Shown piece after piece: positions 1 to 8,889 of a stretch of 64,000 bases of DNA. Positions within the stretch are counted from its first letter, which is position 1, and each line of letters opens with the position of its first letter. Origin of the DNA: an uncultured Bacilli bacterium (GTDB lineage Bacteria; Bacillota_I; Bacilli_A; RF39; UBA660). The stretch spans positions 1 to 64,000 of the forward strand of contig CANQQV010000005.1 of assembly GCA_947626095.1 (NCBI GenBank). Reading direction: 5' to 3'. The translations under genes were made by a program, and so were the position numbers. The notes under the pieces were generated by a model. That model was not told the origin of the DNA and made no database searches. It saw nothing but the letters and a program-made list of their open reading frames with translations.

Positions 1-345
1 TGAGGTTGCTCCGACAGCAATTGTTGCTCCTGTTTCTTTTACACCATCCCATAGTTTTTCATACCAGGCTTTTTCTTTTGGTAGCTCTGCTTCTTCTATG
101 CCGAGACTTCCTTCAACACTTCCAGTTGTAAATGCCATGTTGGTAACATTATTTTCATTTTTGTCTTCAAAATCATTTAGAAATTCATTTAGATCTGCTT
201 CAACACTTTTACTTGAACTTATTTGATTATTTGAAGCATTATTATGGTTATTTTGAGTTAGATTTGAGTAATCAATAGAAAGAGTTGGGGCTTGAAGGGC
301 TTTACTCGTAATTATTTTTCCTGTATATGATCCCACTCCTGCCAT
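1..345 (-). CDS. Putative T7SS-secreted effector/polymorphic toxin, N-terminal 115 aa only (runs off the window start)
   Basis: Not in the ORF track. ATG at 345 after an AGAGG RBS, open to position 1: MAGVGSYTGKIITSKALQAPTLSIDYSNL...VEADLNEFLND...EKAWYEKLWDGVKETGATIAVGATS. N-terminus resembles the 86-aa ORF at 1375-1635. Confidence 0.7.
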   Translation of the reverse strand, partial: MAGVGSYTGKIITSKALQAPTLSIDYSNLTQNNHNNASNNQISSSKSVEADLNEFLNDFEDKNENNVTNMAFTTGSVEGSLGIEEAELPKEKAWYEKLWDGVKETGATIAVGATS

Positions 346-373
346 ATTATTACCTCTTCCTATTCTTTGATAG

Positions 374-1351
374 TTACTTATTTAGTGATTTTTCTTTTAT
401 TACTTCATTAAATTTATTGCATAATTCTTCTGCATAAGTTCGACTTTTAATTTTAGCTAGCCATTCTTTAGGAATATTTTCATAGCCATATAATAGGCCA
501 GCCATTGAACCTGTTATTGCGCCGATTGTATCAGTATCTTCACCAAGATTAACGGCTTTTAATACTGTATCTTTATAATTATTATTATTTAATACGCACC
601 AAATGCTTGCCTCTAATGAATCTACAACAAAACCTGATGATTTAATTTTTTCTTCTGGCTCATTTATTAGAGAACCATCAAGAATTCTTTGATAATATTT
701 AATAGAATCATTTGAATATTCTTTATAATAATCGATCATTTTTAAATTATTAAAAGCTTCTACTTTATTTTGGCCATCTAATATGGCTTTAATATAATCA
801 CAGTATATTCTACATCCTAATTTGCTAATTTCATGAGCATGAGTTAAAGATGAAGCATTATCAATTAGTGTACTTTCTGAATTTCGATCTAATTGTTGAT
901 AATATGAATATAGTACAAAAGGAAGAATTCTCATTAAGGAACCATTTCCATTATCACGAACATTATTTCCGCCACACTTTGTTGCAGGAAGCCCGCTTAA
1001 ATATCGACGAATAGCACTTGATGTAGATATTCCAATATCAAAAAAAACTCCTGTTGCTGTATATTTTGATTGACCAAACCATTCAGCAAATTTTATCATA
1101 ATATCATCAAAATCAACACTGTGTTTATCATTTATTGAATCCACTGCTGCTAATGTCATTGAAGTATCATCTGACCATGTGCCTTCAGGCATATTGTGAG
1201 TACCATATCCTACCATATCAGTTACAGGGTAGCGTTTTAATTGCACTCTTGATTTAAATTCAGCTGGAACACCTAATGCATCGCCAACTATAAAACCCAT
1301 GATACTATCTAGTGATCTATTTTTTGAATTAATATTTGAATATTCTTCCAT
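374..1351 (-). CDS. ADP-ribosylglycohydrolase (ARH/DraG family)
   Basis: Motifs GDALG, WSDDT, NGNGSLMR, TH and GEDTDT; AGGAG RBS. Confidence 0.93.
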   Translation of the reverse strand: MEEYSNINSKNRSLDSIMGFIVGDALGVPAEFKSRVQLKRYPVTDMVGYGTHNMPEGTWSDDTSMTLAAVDSINDKHSVDFDDIMIKFAEWFGQSKYTATGVFFDIGISTSSAIRRYLSGLPATKCGGNNVRDNGNGSLMRILPFVLYSYYQQLDRNSESTLIDNASSLTHAHEISKLGCRIYCDYIKAILDGQNKVEAFNNLKMIDYYKEYSNDSIKYYQRILDGSLINEPEEKIKSSGFVVDSLEASIWCVLNNNNYKDTVLKAVNLGEDTDTIGAITGSMAGLLYGYENIPKEWLAKIKSRTYAEELCNKFNEVIKEKSLNK

Positions 1352-1374
1352 ATGGTTACTCCTATTCTCTTTAA

Positions 1375-1635
1375 TTATTTATAATTATTTAATTGTGAAT
1401 AATCATCAAATAAAGTTTCAACTTGAGGAGCTGATGCAGATACCTGAGTTGCTTGGATAGGTTCGTCTTCTAAAAACTGACTTAAATCAAGTGTTACTTC
1501 TCGAGCTTTACTAATAACATTTTGATAATTATTTTTAACTGTTGGTTTTAGATTACTATAGTCAACTAAAACTTTAGGTGCAGTTATTTTTTCTTTAACG
1601 ATATTATCGGGATTATATGAACCTAATTCTGCCAA
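1375..1635 (-). CDS. Small T7SS-locus protein sharing an N-terminal motif with ORF 1-345
   Basis: TTG start with AGAGGTG RBS; MAELGSY...APKVLVDYSNL...LDLSQFLED. Confidence 0.7.
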   Translation of the reverse strand: MAELGSYNPDNIVKEKITAPKVLVDYSNLKPTVKNNYQNVISKAREVTLDLSQFLEDEPIQATQVSASAPQVETLFDDYSQLNNYK

Positions 1636-1651
1636 AGCTTTTCACCTCTTT

Positions 1652-1927
1652 TTATAAGTTATTTCTTAAGCCTTTATTTATTGATGATAAAGAATTACGG
1701 CAATTTGTAATACTATCTGATATATTATTTATATTGTCGCTTTCATAACATTTATCATCAAATTTAATGCCATTATTAATATTATTCTTCATGTTTCGAA
1801 CACTAACATTGGCGGCATCAAGACTGGATATAATTGAATTTATATTATTTATTAAATTGCGATAATTATTTTTTCTTCTTATTTCTTCATAATCAATTTC
1901 GGGAGTGCTATTATTAGTTGTTGTCAT
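1652..1927 (-). CDS. Small helical T7SS accessory/substrate-like protein (91 aa)
   Basis: Likely start MTTTNN at 1927 with AAGGAG RBS; Asn/Ile-rich heptad pattern; lies in the essC-linked gene run. Confidence 0.6.
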   Translation of the reverse strand: MTTTNNSTPEIDYEEIRRKNNYRNLINNINSIISSLDAANVSVRNMKNNINNGIKFDDKCYESDNINNISDSITNCRNSLSSINKGLRNNL

Positions 1928-1928
1928 T

Positions 1929-2246
1929 CTAAATATTCTCCTTTTGTGTATTAATATATTTAACTGCATTGTCAACTGACTCAGTGTATTTTTGATTTAT
2001 TGATCTAAATGTTTGACAATATGATGCACTATTACTTTTAAAGTTTTGCATATTTTGAAAAATTATACTTTCATTAATATCAATTGATTGACCATTTAAA
2101 ATAATTGATTTGCGTAATTTAGCTAAATTTTCCATAATTCTCGTCTCTATTGAATTACTCTTAGTTGTCATGTCATTAACTATGTCAATTGCCTTTGCAA
2201 TTTCTATTTTATTTATTGCATTAAATTCATTACTTATTCCACTCAT
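1929..2246 (-). CDS. Small helical WXG100-like protein (105 aa)
   Basis: About 100 aa, helix-turn-helix-hairpin pattern, AGGTG RBS, tightly packed with neighbours; no literal WxG motif. Confidence 0.55.
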   Translation of the reverse strand: MSGISNEFNAINKIEIAKAIDIVNDMTTKSNSIETRIMENLAKLRKSIILNGQSIDINESIIFQNMQNFKSNSASYCQTFRSINQKYTESVDNAVKYINTQKENI

Positions 2247-2257
2247 ATTATCACCTA

Positions 2258-2833
2258 TTATATATACTCGCTATTATCAAATAATGATATTTTATCAATT
2301 TGTAATTTTTGGAGAATATTACCGATTCGTTGCTCTAAAGAGTTTAAATTAGTAAACATTTTATCAACATTGTTTTTAGAATTTTCAAGTTTTTTTATAG
2401 TAGTATCCAAATTAAGAGCTACTCTACTTATTGACAAACGCTCTCCATAGCTACAAAAACTAGTATATAAGTTGTTTATTCTTTGCTTGATATTTTTTAA
2501 GTTGTTAATGTTATTTTTATAGTTATTTAAAATAATATCTTTATATGCTGGATTAAAGTATATATTCTTTATAGGAGATATTACTTTATTAATTTCATTA
2601 GATATATTATTATAAGATTCTTTTGTTTTATTTAAGTCAGAAATAAACCTCATTATTTCTTGACGATGAACAGTTATTTTTTCAAAGAAAGATGTAGAAT
2701 GATCATCATGCCAACTAAATTCAATATTCCTCACCTCTTGCATGATACTCATGGAATATTCCTCATATTTTTCTATTAAATAATCAAGTTCTTCTACAGA
2801 TTCTTTAATTTGATTTACATCAATTTTTAACAT
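2258..2833 (-). CDS. WXG100-like helical protein (~191 aa)
   Basis: MLKIDVNQIKES start typical of WXG100 proteins; central FSWHDDHSTSF turn at the WxG position; coiled-coil second half. Confidence 0.6.
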   Translation of the reverse strand: MLKIDVNQIKESVEELDYLIEKYEEYSMSIMQEVRNIEFSWHDDHSTSFFEKITVHRQEIMRFISDLNKTKESYNNISNEINKVISPIKNIYFNPAYKDIILNNYKNNINNLKNIKQRINNLYTSFCSYGERLSISRVALNLDTTIKKLENSKNNVDKMFTNLNSLEQRIGNILQKLQIDKISLFDNSEYI

Positions 2834-2949
2834 TAAGTTCACCTTTTTTCTTAAATATAAGCAATTTATGTAAATTGCCCATATTTAAGAAAAAACATTT
2901 TGAATAAAATGTTTTTTCTTGATAACTAAATATACTTTGAGGGTTATTA

Positions 2950-3603
2950 TTAACCACGTAATCCAGCTTCTTGGATGTTTCTTGCATAAGTAGTTGCTGA
3001 AGCAGTATTTTCATCAATACCTTGTTTTAATTGATTAAAGCAAGCAACGATTGATTCATTGATTTGTTCAATAAATGTTTCAGCAGTAGCTGCTACATTA
3101 CTTGTTCCTTCATTTGTAAATGAATCTTTACAATTATCAACAGCATTAGTTTTAAGTTTAGTTAAACGTTTATTTACGTTATCAATTAAACTTTCTTGTG
3201 CTCTAGTAACATCAGCTTGAAGTGTACTATATACACCAACGAATCCGTTGTCTAAAACATTTTGCATTTGGTTATTTAATCCACCTAATTGAGCTTTAGT
3301 TGGAGGGTTAATGCTAACTGTGTTATTAGTATCTGCTGCTTGTTTTTCAGCAGTAGTTTTAATAACTTTACCAATTTCTACTAGAGCGTTTGATACTTCT
3401 TCACCTGTTTTATTTAATGAAGTAATTAAAGTATCAGTTACCCATGTTTTTCCTTCTTCAGTTCCCCAGTTATCTGCAATTTGTTTAAGTGTTTTGTTAA
3501 ATTCATCTGTTAATGTTTCTAGAACTTTTGCTGAATCTGCATTAAATTCTCCTATTGTATTATTTACTCTAGATTCACTAAATCCTATTGTGTTATTTCC
3601 CAT
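2950..3603 (-). CDS. Tandem WXG100-like protein (217 aa), probable major T7SS substrate
   Basis: Central ADNWGTEEG turn in the first ~100 aa, second helical ~100-aa half, strong AGGAG RBS, directly downstream of yukD/essC. Confidence 0.6.
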   Translation of the reverse strand: MGNNTIGFSESRVNNTIGEFNADSAKVLETLTDEFNKTLKQIADNWGTEEGKTWVTDTLITSLNKTGEEVSNALVEIGKVIKTTAEKQAADTNNTVSINPPTKAQLGGLNNQMQNVLDNGFVGVYSTLQADVTRAQESLIDNVNKRLTKLKTNAVDNCKDSFTNEGTSNVAATAETFIEQINESIVACFNQLKQGIDENTASATTYARNIQEAGLRG

Positions 3604-3712
3604 ATTTTTTTCTCCTTCTTTTTAAGTAGTTTGTCTACTCTTTAATTTGATTTTAAGCTATATTTTTTTTCTATTCAATAATTATTACGTTTTTTGACGT
3701 TTTTTTGACAAT

Positions 3713-3982
3713 TTATTCTTTCTTTTGTGACAATATTATTAATTCAGTACCGTTTCTTATGTCTGTTTCGCGAATTATACTATTATTTGAATAAACTTCA
3801 TTAGTTACTTTATTTATTAATATAAATTCATTTTTTAAATTAATACTTATATCGCATAAATCAGATACACATTTCATTACTAATTTAGTAATTTTCCATA
3901 CTAGATAATTTGCGGGAATATAGATATCAAAAACTTTACCAAATTCAGGAGCATATAGCTTAATTAATATTTTATTCTTCAT
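3713..3982 (-). CDS. esaB: EsaB/YukD-like ubiquitin-fold T7SS protein
   Basis: 89 aa overlapping the essC stop; FDIYIP and IRETDIRNGTELII motifs. Confidence 0.8.
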   Translation of the reverse strand: MKNKILIKLYAPEFGKVFDIYIPANYLVWKITKLVMKCVSDLCDISINLKNEFILINKVTNEVYSNNSIIRETDIRNGTELIILSQKKE

Positions 3983-6900
3983 TTATATCGCTCCCATCTT
4001 CACTAACAAAATCAATTAGTTTTACTATTTTAGCAAAGCCATCTTCGATATAGAAACCGATATCGTTATTATATTCAAGAGAATACTCTTTATTATAACT
4101 GGATATTTTAAATAGTGATTGATCTGATGCACCACTACCTATCCATAGACCGTTTGTAACATTGAAAATTGATTTATACCATGAATCAAATTGATATTCT
4201 TTAATTTTGCCTGCTTCTTCTACTATAATAATCGGTATTTTTTCATGTTTTTTGCATTTATCAAAGAATTCTTCAAGACTCTTATTGTTGTCGAGTTTTT
4301 TCACAAATTTGTCTAAGCCATAAATCATTATAGCGACTGGTGTTTCATTGTTGGTAGATATTCTTTGTTCAACATATTCATCTAGTTTTTTTATTACTTC
4401 CTCAAAATTATCATTAAAGTAATTTGAAGTATTGGCTTTTTCTGTTTCTAAAGCTTTTACTCCATCTATTAGGATTGTTCCTATTTTTAATTCTTTGAAG
4501 ACGCTTATTAAACTTTTTACGTAATTAATGGTATTAGCAATTTTGTTAGATGAAACTATATTTCCAACATTGGCATGATAATCGATCGTTAAAACATCTA
4601 AGTTTTCTTTTATAATTCCTATTGGAACGCTTTCAATAGTTGTAAGTTTTTCTCTAATATCATCTATTCTTACATGATCAGGTAAAGTTGGTATTCTTTG
4701 AGCATATGGAGGTTTAGTTGCTTTAATTTGGTTAATAAATTCGATTATGTAACTATTTAGTTCACCAACATCTTCAACTATAAACGCAGTTTGGAATTCA
4801 TGAATTCCATCATTATTTAACATACCTCTTCCTGGTGTATCTTGTGGAGTTTGTTTTGTTTTACCATTTAAAGTATCTCCATATTCATAGGAATCCTTAA
4901 GTCTTAATGCATAAGTATTGGTTATATTCTGTGTTACTTTTGAAGGGGTACTACCAAGTCCATTAGCTGTTAGAATATAAATAATTCCGTATCTAGCTGA
5001 ATCACGTAATAGTTCTGGCATTTCTTCATAAATTGATTCAATACTTTCTTTAGCTGTATCATAATTATTAAAGATTATTACTTTTAGTGGTAATTTGTTG
5101 CCACTATTTTTTATATAGTTAACATAGTCACCACCAAAATCAACAAATAATTTTTTTCTTTTGGCTGTTTCTTCATTAATCATTTTAATTAAATTGGTAT
5201 ATTTTTCAGTTTCGCCATCAAATACCATACCACCAAAATGAGGTAATGCTGCAAACATTCTTAGTGACTCTGATCCATAATCTACAGTGTAGAAATTTAT
5301 CTCACTTGCTGTATGATGTTTACATGCCGAATAGATTATCGCATTTAATAATTGTTCTCTTTCAGAGCCATCAGTACCATAGATAACTGTATTTCCGTTT
5401 TCAAGGAAGTCATATAAAACGATTCCTTGCTCTTGTAATTCTGGGGCATCATATTCACCAATTACAGCAGTTACATTGTATGGTGTATGTGTAATATTGT
5501 ATTTTTGTTCTACTTGATCAACTAGGATTACTTGTGGAACATTATCTAACCATAAACGTTTAGCATATTTATTAGTTTGACCAGCTACTTTTATTATTTC
5601 TTGCATAACAGCAGCAAGTTGTTCTCCTTGAGCTTCTTTTTTGGTGTCGCCGCCTTGCTCTTTTATCGTTTTAATTACTTGACCATTATTATCAATGAAA
5701 TTGATACTACGATCTATTTGTTTTTGAATTGTATCTGATGGATAATATTTAGCACCTGCCCAACCTGATTGCCCAAGTTCAAATATCTCATCCATTCCGA
5801 CTTGAAGATAGAAACGACCACTCTGTTTTAATAAAGCGGCATCTGGTTTTTTAATCATTTCATTACTATCACTAGCATCTGCAACTTTTAAACATACTCT
5901 AAATTTAGTATTAGACCAAATTTGTTCATTAACAACACCAGTTGGTTTTTGAGTTGCTAGAATTAAGTGAACTCCTAATGAACGACCTATACGAGCTACA
6001 CTTATTAAATTATCCATAAAATCTGGTTGTTGACTTTTTAACTCAGCAAATTCATCGGCAATTAGGAATAAATGAGGAATTGGTTCTTTTAATTTACCCT
6101 CATGATAAAAATTTTGATACTTATAAATATCTATTGTACTTTCACCAAGTTGATCTCTGGCTTCATTGAATTTTGCTTGTCTTCTTTTAACTTCTGAATC
6201 AATACTTACTAAGGTTCTATTCATTTCTGATTTATCTAAGTTGGTTATAGTACCAGCCAAATGTGGTAACTTAACCCCAGTTAATTTATTTTCAAAAGCG
6301 AAAGCTAAACCTCCACCTTTATAATCGATTAAAATAAAGGCAACATCTTCAGGGCTATAATTCATAGACATTGATAAAATATAAGTAATAATAAATTCTG
6401 ATTTACCTGAACCAGTAGTACCAGCAATTAAACCGTGTGGTCCATGGAATTTTTCATGCAAATCTAAGTACATTAGATTACCTTCTTCATCAACTCCGAC
6501 CTCGGCTTTTAAAGATTTAGTTGAATCGTTACTATTCCATCTATTTAAAACATTTAATTGTTCTACTTTACCAACTTGTTCCATTTCAAGGAATTCAATT
6601 GCATCTGGTAATTTAGCAGCAGCGCCCTCTATTTCTACTGGTATATTAGATAGGTTTCTAATAATACCCATCATATTAATGTTATAATTTATTTCATCAT
6701 GAAAATTAATTATTTCAGCTTTTTCAAACGAATTTTTTAAAATACCTGATGAACCTTCATTTAAATTTATGAAATTAAAACATTTACTTGGTAGTTTATC
6801 CAATTCATTTTCAATAATAATTGTACTATAACCAACGTTATTATCTAGTTCAACTAATTCTTTAAAGAAATCTAGTTTTTTATAGGCTGGATAATTATCG

Positions 6901-8552
6901 CAAATGATTAAATAATAAGGTTTTAATTCAGTTATAGGTATATTGCCTTCACTAGCTATACTTGTTTTATAGCTAAGTTCAGGTCCTAAATATGATGATA
7001 GAATTCTTGCTTCATCTAGATTAGTAGCAAAGAATCTAACATTTTTGTCATTACTAAAACAATAATTGCTATATTTTAAGTAATCCCATCTTTTAGCTTT
7101 TTCACTATTAGTAAAAACTACTATTTTTAATTCATCATAGCAGTAAAATGTCATAAATTGTAACAATATGTTGTCCATTAAACCATAGCTTTTTCTTTCA
7201 ATTCCCATTATGGCTGTTAAAAAGTTTTCATAAAATGAATATTCCAATGGGCAATTGTTGATGTATTTATATTGATCTATCATTTGTTCAGCCATTTCTT
7301 TTAAGCTATCGTTTTCGATAGTAAATCCTTCTTCAGGCCAATCAACATTTATTTTTAAAGGTACATCCCCTATTCCAACTCTTGCTGTTAAAAAATCTGA
7401 TTGTTCTACTCTTTTGCACCAAAAGTTATTTTTTTTAGAACTTATTATTTTAATACATCCCTCTGAATCGATTAAGTTATCATCTAAAATTGTCTTTTGC
7501 ATAACAAGTTCTTTTTTTAGTTCTGCTTCTTTTTCTTCTAAATATTTATTATATAGTTTTACAACTCTTTTTCTTTCTTCTTTAGCTAAATGCTCGTTAA
7601 AAGTTTTTGTTAAATTTGGCCATATTAAACTTGAAGCTAGCATTAAGACACCAGTTACTATTTGAGGCCAACTTTTAGCAAATGTTGTTGCACCACTAGA
7701 TATCTGAATTAAGGTATTTAACATGGTTGTACCTGATGTAGCAGCCATTGTTAGCATAGGTCCTGCAGTTAATAAAAGAGGCATTTTTTCGACTTCTTTT
7801 TCAGCTGGTGGTGGATCTATTTTAAGTTCTTTTTCCTCGATTAATCTTCTAATACGCGGTGATTTTGAAAAATAATCTTTCTTGGCATATATATCTATTT
7901 CTTTAACATCTTTGTTTTCATATTTATCTGTTTTGACTTGAAAATTAGCTAATCCAGCCGATGCTAAATTTATAATTATTGAATTAAAAGGATTATTGAC
8001 AATTATTGTGTTTTTTAAAAACATTATTTTTAGGCCGAATATATTTAGTACATCGCCGATGTTTATTATTGTAGTCTGTTCATTTACTCTTTCACTATTT
8101 ATATATGATAAAATTGATAAATTACTATTCATTACAAGTTGTTCATTAATCATTTTTATTTCACATACGACACCTGTAATATAAGCGAATTGATAAGGCA
8201 TGTTACATTCTGGAGCATTACCAATTATTAAATCAAGGACTTGATTATACGAATAAATGGCAAAGTTAGTTTCTAAAGAGGATGTTGCTATTAATAAATA
8301 TGTTATATCTTCATTTTTCAAGAGATAAAAGTCATTTTCTTTTAAGATTCTTTCATTTACTGTTTTATTATCATAGATAAGTAGGGTATCTTCATGGCCT
8401 TTTATTACCCAATTATTGTCTACAGCTTCTATATTGACTAATTTTTCTTCACTATTTAAATCTTTGCCAAACATATAACTACCTGATATTTGATTAGGTA
8501 AAGTATATTCATTGGCTTTTTCTGGTGTGTATATTGTTACCTTCATAGACAT
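3972..8552 (-). CDS. essC: Type VII secretion ATPase EssC (FHA domains, two TM helices, three FtsK/SpoIIIE domains)
   Basis: 1526 aa; FSKSPRIRR, HGPHGLIAGTTGSGKSE, LIDYKGGG, IADEFAEL, RIGRSLGVHLILATQKP. Confidence 0.95.
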   Translation of the reverse strand: MSMKVTIYTPEKANEYTLPNQISGSYMFGKDLNSEEKLVNIEAVDNNWVIKGHEDTLLIYDNKTVNERILKENDFYLLKNEDITYLLIATSSLETNFAIYSYNQVLDLIIGNAPECNMPYQFAYITGVVCEIKMINEQLVMNSNLSILSYINSERVNEQTTIINIGDVLNIFGLKIMFLKNTIIVNNPFNSIIINLASAGLANFQVKTDKYENKDVKEIDIYAKKDYFSKSPRIRRLIEEKELKIDPPPAEKEVEKMPLLLTAGPMLTMAATSGTTMLNTLIQISSGATTFAKSWPQIVTGVLMLASSLIWPNLTKTFNEHLAKEERKRVVKLYNKYLEEKEAELKKELVMQKTILDDNLIDSEGCIKIISSKKNNFWCKRVEQSDFLTARVGIGDVPLKINVDWPEEGFTIENDSLKEMAEQMIDQYKYINNCPLEYSFYENFLTAIMGIERKSYGLMDNILLQFMTFYCYDELKIVVFTNSEKAKRWDYLKYSNYCFSNDKNVRFFATNLDEARILSSYLGPELSYKTSIASEGNIPITELKPYYLIICDNYPAYKKLDFFKELVELDNNVGYSTIIIENELDKLPSKCFNFINLNEGSSGILKNSFEKAEIINFHDEINYNINMMGIIRNLSNIPVEIEGAAAKLPDAIEFLEMEQVGKVEQLNVLNRWNSNDSTKSLKAEVGVDEEGNLMYLDLHEKFHGPHGLIAGTTGSGKSEFIITYILSMSMNYSPEDVAFILIDYKGGGLAFAFENKLTGVKLPHLAGTITNLDKSEMNRTLVSIDSEVKRRQAKFNEARDQLGESTIDIYKYQNFYHEGKLKEPIPHLFLIADEFAELKSQQPDFMDNLISVARIGRSLGVHLILATQKPTGVVNEQIWSNTKFRVCLKVADASDSNEMIKKPDAALLKQSGRFYLQVGMDEIFELGQSGWAGAKYYPSDTIQKQIDRSINFIDNNGQVIKTIKEQGGDTKKEAQGEQLAAVMQEIIKVAGQTNKYAKRLWLDNVPQVILVDQVEQKYNITHTPYNVTAVIGEYDAPELQEQGIVLYDFLENGNTVIYGTDGSEREQLLNAIIYSACKHHTASEINFYTVDYGSESLRMFAALPHFGGMVFDGETEKYTNLIKMINEETAKRKKLFVDFGGDYVNYIKNSGNKLPLKVIIFNNYDTAKESIESIYEEMPELLRDSARYGIIYILTANGLGSTPSKVTQNITNTYALRLKDSYEYGDTLNGKTKQTPQDTPGRGMLNNDGIHEFQTAFIVEDVGELNSYIIEFINQIKATKPPYAQRIPTLPDHVRIDDIREKLTTIESVPIGIIKENLDVLTIDYHANVGNIVSSNKIANTINYVKSLISVFKELKIGTILIDGVKALETEKANTSNYFNDNFEEVIKKLDEYVEQRISTNNETPVAIMIYGLDKFVKKLDNNKSLEEFFDKCKKHEKIPIIIVEEAGKIKEYQFDSWYKSIFNVTNGLWIGSGASDQSLFKISSYNKEYSLEYNNDIGFYIEDGFAKIVKLIDFVSEDGSDINEE

Positions 8553-8573
8553 ACCCCTCTATTATCTCTTATA

Positions 8574-8602
8574 ATAATATCACATATTGCCTACATATTC
8601 AA
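8574..8602 (-). promoter_or_regulatory. Putative sigma-A promoter of essC
   Basis: TTGAAT-17 bp-TATTAT with extended -10 TG, upstream of a GAGGGG RBS. Confidence 0.5.
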
Positions 8603-8629
8603 AACAATATTTATGAAAAAAAAGGCAAA

Positions 8630-8652
8630 AAAAATACTCATTTCTGAGTATT
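8630..8652 (-). terminator. Intrinsic terminator after rpsR
   Basis: AATACTCA/TGAGTATT inverted repeat followed by a T-tract on the minus strand. Confidence 0.7.
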
Positions 8653-8658
8653 AATTTA

Positions 8659-8874
8659 TTATTTTACGAATGGAATTAATGCCATATATCTTGCCCATTT
8701 AATTTGTTGAGCTATATGTCTTTGATGTTTAGCACATGCTCCAGTCATACGACGAGGCATGATTTTTCCTTTTTCATTAATATATTTAGAAATAATCATT
8801 ACATCTTTATAGTCAACGCTTTTTCCAGCACACATTTGGCAAATTCTTTTCTTTTTACGATAAAATTCAGCCAT
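8659..8874 (-). CDS. rpsR: 30S ribosomal protein S18 (Zn-ribbon form)
   Basis: CQMC...VDYKD...GKIMPRRMTGACAKHQR. Confidence 0.97.
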   Translation of the reverse strand: MAEFYRKKKRICQMCAGKSVDYKDVMIISKYINEKGKIMPRRMTGACAKHQRHIAQQIKWARYMALIPFVK

Positions 8875-8889
8875 TTTAAATCCTCCTTT

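Noticed and set aside
1351-1377. Read-through fusion of the 86-aa ORF with the ARH
   Set aside because: Different reading frames, and the ARH has its own AGGAG RBS.
2820-3017. 65-aa minus-strand ORF
   Set aside because: Overlaps the 217-aa gene in another frame, has no RBS and spans an AT-rich intergenic region.
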